Part shown: piece after piece, positions 62,152 through 64,000 of the stretch
Numbering within the stretch: position 1 is the first letter of the stretch
How the letters are laid out: each line of letters begins with the position of its first letter
DNA from: Octopus sinensis
Lineage: Eukaryota
NCBI RefSeq assembly: GCF_006345805.1
Contig: NC_042998.1
Coordinates: 59,334,001-59,398,000, forward strand
Reading direction: 5' to 3'
DNA length: 64,000 nucleotides
The notes under the pieces: generated by a model
What the model saw: only the letters and a program-made list of their open reading frames with translations
Databases searched by the model: none
What the model was told of the DNA's origin: nothing
Translations under genes and position numbers: made by a program

Positions 62152-62701
62152 ATACCCGACAACATTTCAGATGTTGCCACATCAAAGCGAATACACTCGA
62201 CTGAAACGCCAAAACGCTGACAGAACGAGAACAGTGAAGAAGTTTCAATAAAAATAGTAATGCAATACGAGAGTATTGCTTTCCAGTAAAGAATAGCCCG
62301 TGAGGGAAAATTATACATAGAAGTAAATATATGGCACAACGAAGTACCGATATTTACTGGAAAATAGCGAACGTAATAAATACGACGCTAATGTATAGCT
62401 TCACCGCCTATGTACTAGCAAAAATGCGTGTGTGCAACCAACTTGAAAAAAATTGTCTTACCTCCAGGGAGAACATCTGAATGATGAAATACCTAGAAAG
62501 GGATAATGTGGGACCGGTGCCATATATTTACTTCTATGTATAATTTTCCCTCACGGGCTATTCTTTACTGGAAAGCAATACTCTCGTATTGCATTACTAT
62601 TTTTATTGAAACCTCTTCACTGTTCTCGTTCTGTCAGCGTTTTGGCGTTTCAGTCGAGTGTATTAGCATTGATGTGGCAACATCTGAAATGTTGTCGGTA
62701 T

Positions 62702-62774
62702 ATGATGGCTGATGAAGATAACTCAAGTATATGTGTGCAGACATGTCTTGAAAAATCTGAAACCGGTCCCACAT
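62702..62774 (+). ncRNA. Type I hammerhead ribozyme (inverted repeat unit)
   Basis: ATG-A-TGG-CTGATGA-AGAT...ATCT-GAAA-CCGG-TC^-CCACAT; cleavage 62768/62769. Confidence 0.85.
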
Positions 62775-63027
62775 TATCCCTTTCTAGGTATTTCATCTTT
62801 CAGATGTTATCCCTGGAGGTAAGACAATTTATTTCAAGTTTGTTGCACATACGCATTTTTGCTAGTACATACGTGGTGAAGCTATACATTAGCGTCGTAT
62901 TTATTACGTTCGCTATTTTCCAGTAAATATTGGTACTTCGTTGTGCCATATATTTACTTCTATGTATAATTTTCCCTCACGGGCTATTCTTTATTGGAAA
63001 GCAATACTCTCGTATTGCATTACTATT

Positions 63028-63110
<83 letters not shown>

Positions 63111-64000
63111 CGACTGTCTTCTTTCAGTTTCCATCTACCAAATCCATTCACAAGGCTTTGGTCGGCCCGAGGCTATAGTAGAAGACACTTGCACAAAGTT
63201 CCACGCAGTGGAAATGAACCCGGAAACGTGTGGTTGGTAAGCAAGCTACTTACCACACAGCCCCTCCCTCGGAACTTCATTTTTATTTTTATTTCTCCGG
63301 TAAACTATCTAGGTCGTATGAGATGAGGCCGACTCTGTTGACTAAATCTCTTACCAAGTGAATTCACGAAATCTTTATTATAAATCAATAAGTCTAATAG
63401 ATCGCATTTTCGTTTTTAGTTTTATATCATCATGCTATAAAAGTATTTCAATCACGTATTTGTAATTTAGAACTGTTGTAAGGCTGTTTCAGGGGAAGAA
63501 AAAAAAGTTACCTCTAAAGCACGAATTTTAAACGCAACATTAAATATAACACACCAGAAAAGGTGATCGATCATTTCCTTTAAATAGTGAAAATTTATTG
63601 AATTCTTAATATTAAAAGAATGTATTGAGAATTTAAATTCATTTTCAACTAAATTATTAGTTGGGCCGCAATCGGTTTCGATTATTGCTTGTTACACCAA
63701 CGCTAACATATTAACATATGTAGAGAACCAAACATATTAATTAATTGAAATTACCCATAATGAGGAGAGAATATCACTGGTTCAATTATTAGTTCTGCTC
63801 AATAGACATGGGGTTAGGTTTTGCGTTGATCTAGTTATTATTTCTAGCAGAATGAGTGAGTACAACAAGCTCCTTCATCGTGCGTCTTGTTTTTGTCATG
63901 AAGAGGCTGAAGGAGAATTTGTCATTGGACTTTGAAACTTGCGTCGCAACCTTTGAAGATAAATAGTTTATACACACACACACACACACACTCCCTGTCT

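Larger units (their letters stand above)
61886..63028. repeat. 427-bp tandem repeat (about 1.5 units forward, then about 1.2 units inverted), one hammerhead per unit; retrozyme-like
   Basis: CATAGAAGTAAATATATGGC recurs at 61889 and 62316; inversion junction at 62518/62519; copies differ by few substitutions. Confidence 0.92.
61640..63275 (-). mobile_element. OK-type SINE split by an insertion into its internal TA microsatellite (3' half 61640-61860, 5' half about 63100-63275)
   Basis: Both halves are on the minus strand in the correct order around the 427-bp repeat array. Confidence 0.8.

Noticed and set aside
61886-63028. CRISPR-like or protein-coding interpretation of the repeat array
   Set aside because: The units are whole 427-bp copies with no repeat-spacer pattern, the ORFs are short and not conserved in frame, and the context is eukaryotic.

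Overview
Repeat-dominated, AT- and microsatellite-rich eukaryotic DNA with no confidently identifiable host gene. The SINE/LINE families look like those of Octopus (inference from remembered repeat families, not from a search). Contents: two R4/Dong-clade RLE LINEs around a TAA tract, two CR1-group LINEs, two Tx1/L1-group LINEs plus an ORF1-only derivative, several Penelope-like (GIY-YIG) pieces, a solo-LTR-like element, decayed mariner/Tc1, Merlin and Helitron transposases, MITEs and many tRNA-derived SINEs, often nested. The main signal lies outside the ORF track: at least nine hammerhead-ribozyme (HHR) folds from about six unrelated sequence families, nearly all in non-coding inverted or tandem architectures. 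These are (i) a 427-nt retrozyme-like tandem unit at 61.9-63.0 kb, (ii) foldback elements at 31.3 kb and 61.1 kb with an HHR in the loop and an inverted arm that begins at the predicted self-cleavage site, (iii) a 130-bp palindrome at 15.9 kb encoding a complete HHR on each strand, and (iv) Penelope pLTR HHRs with a U3-A8 core variant; the 31.3 kb motif has a G3-C8 variant. A Tx1-like LINE is also inserted, with a degenerate target duplication, inside the tRNA-derived head of a SINE. All folds and coordinates were worked out by eye, so expect errors of a few bases at repeat edges; no activity has been tested.
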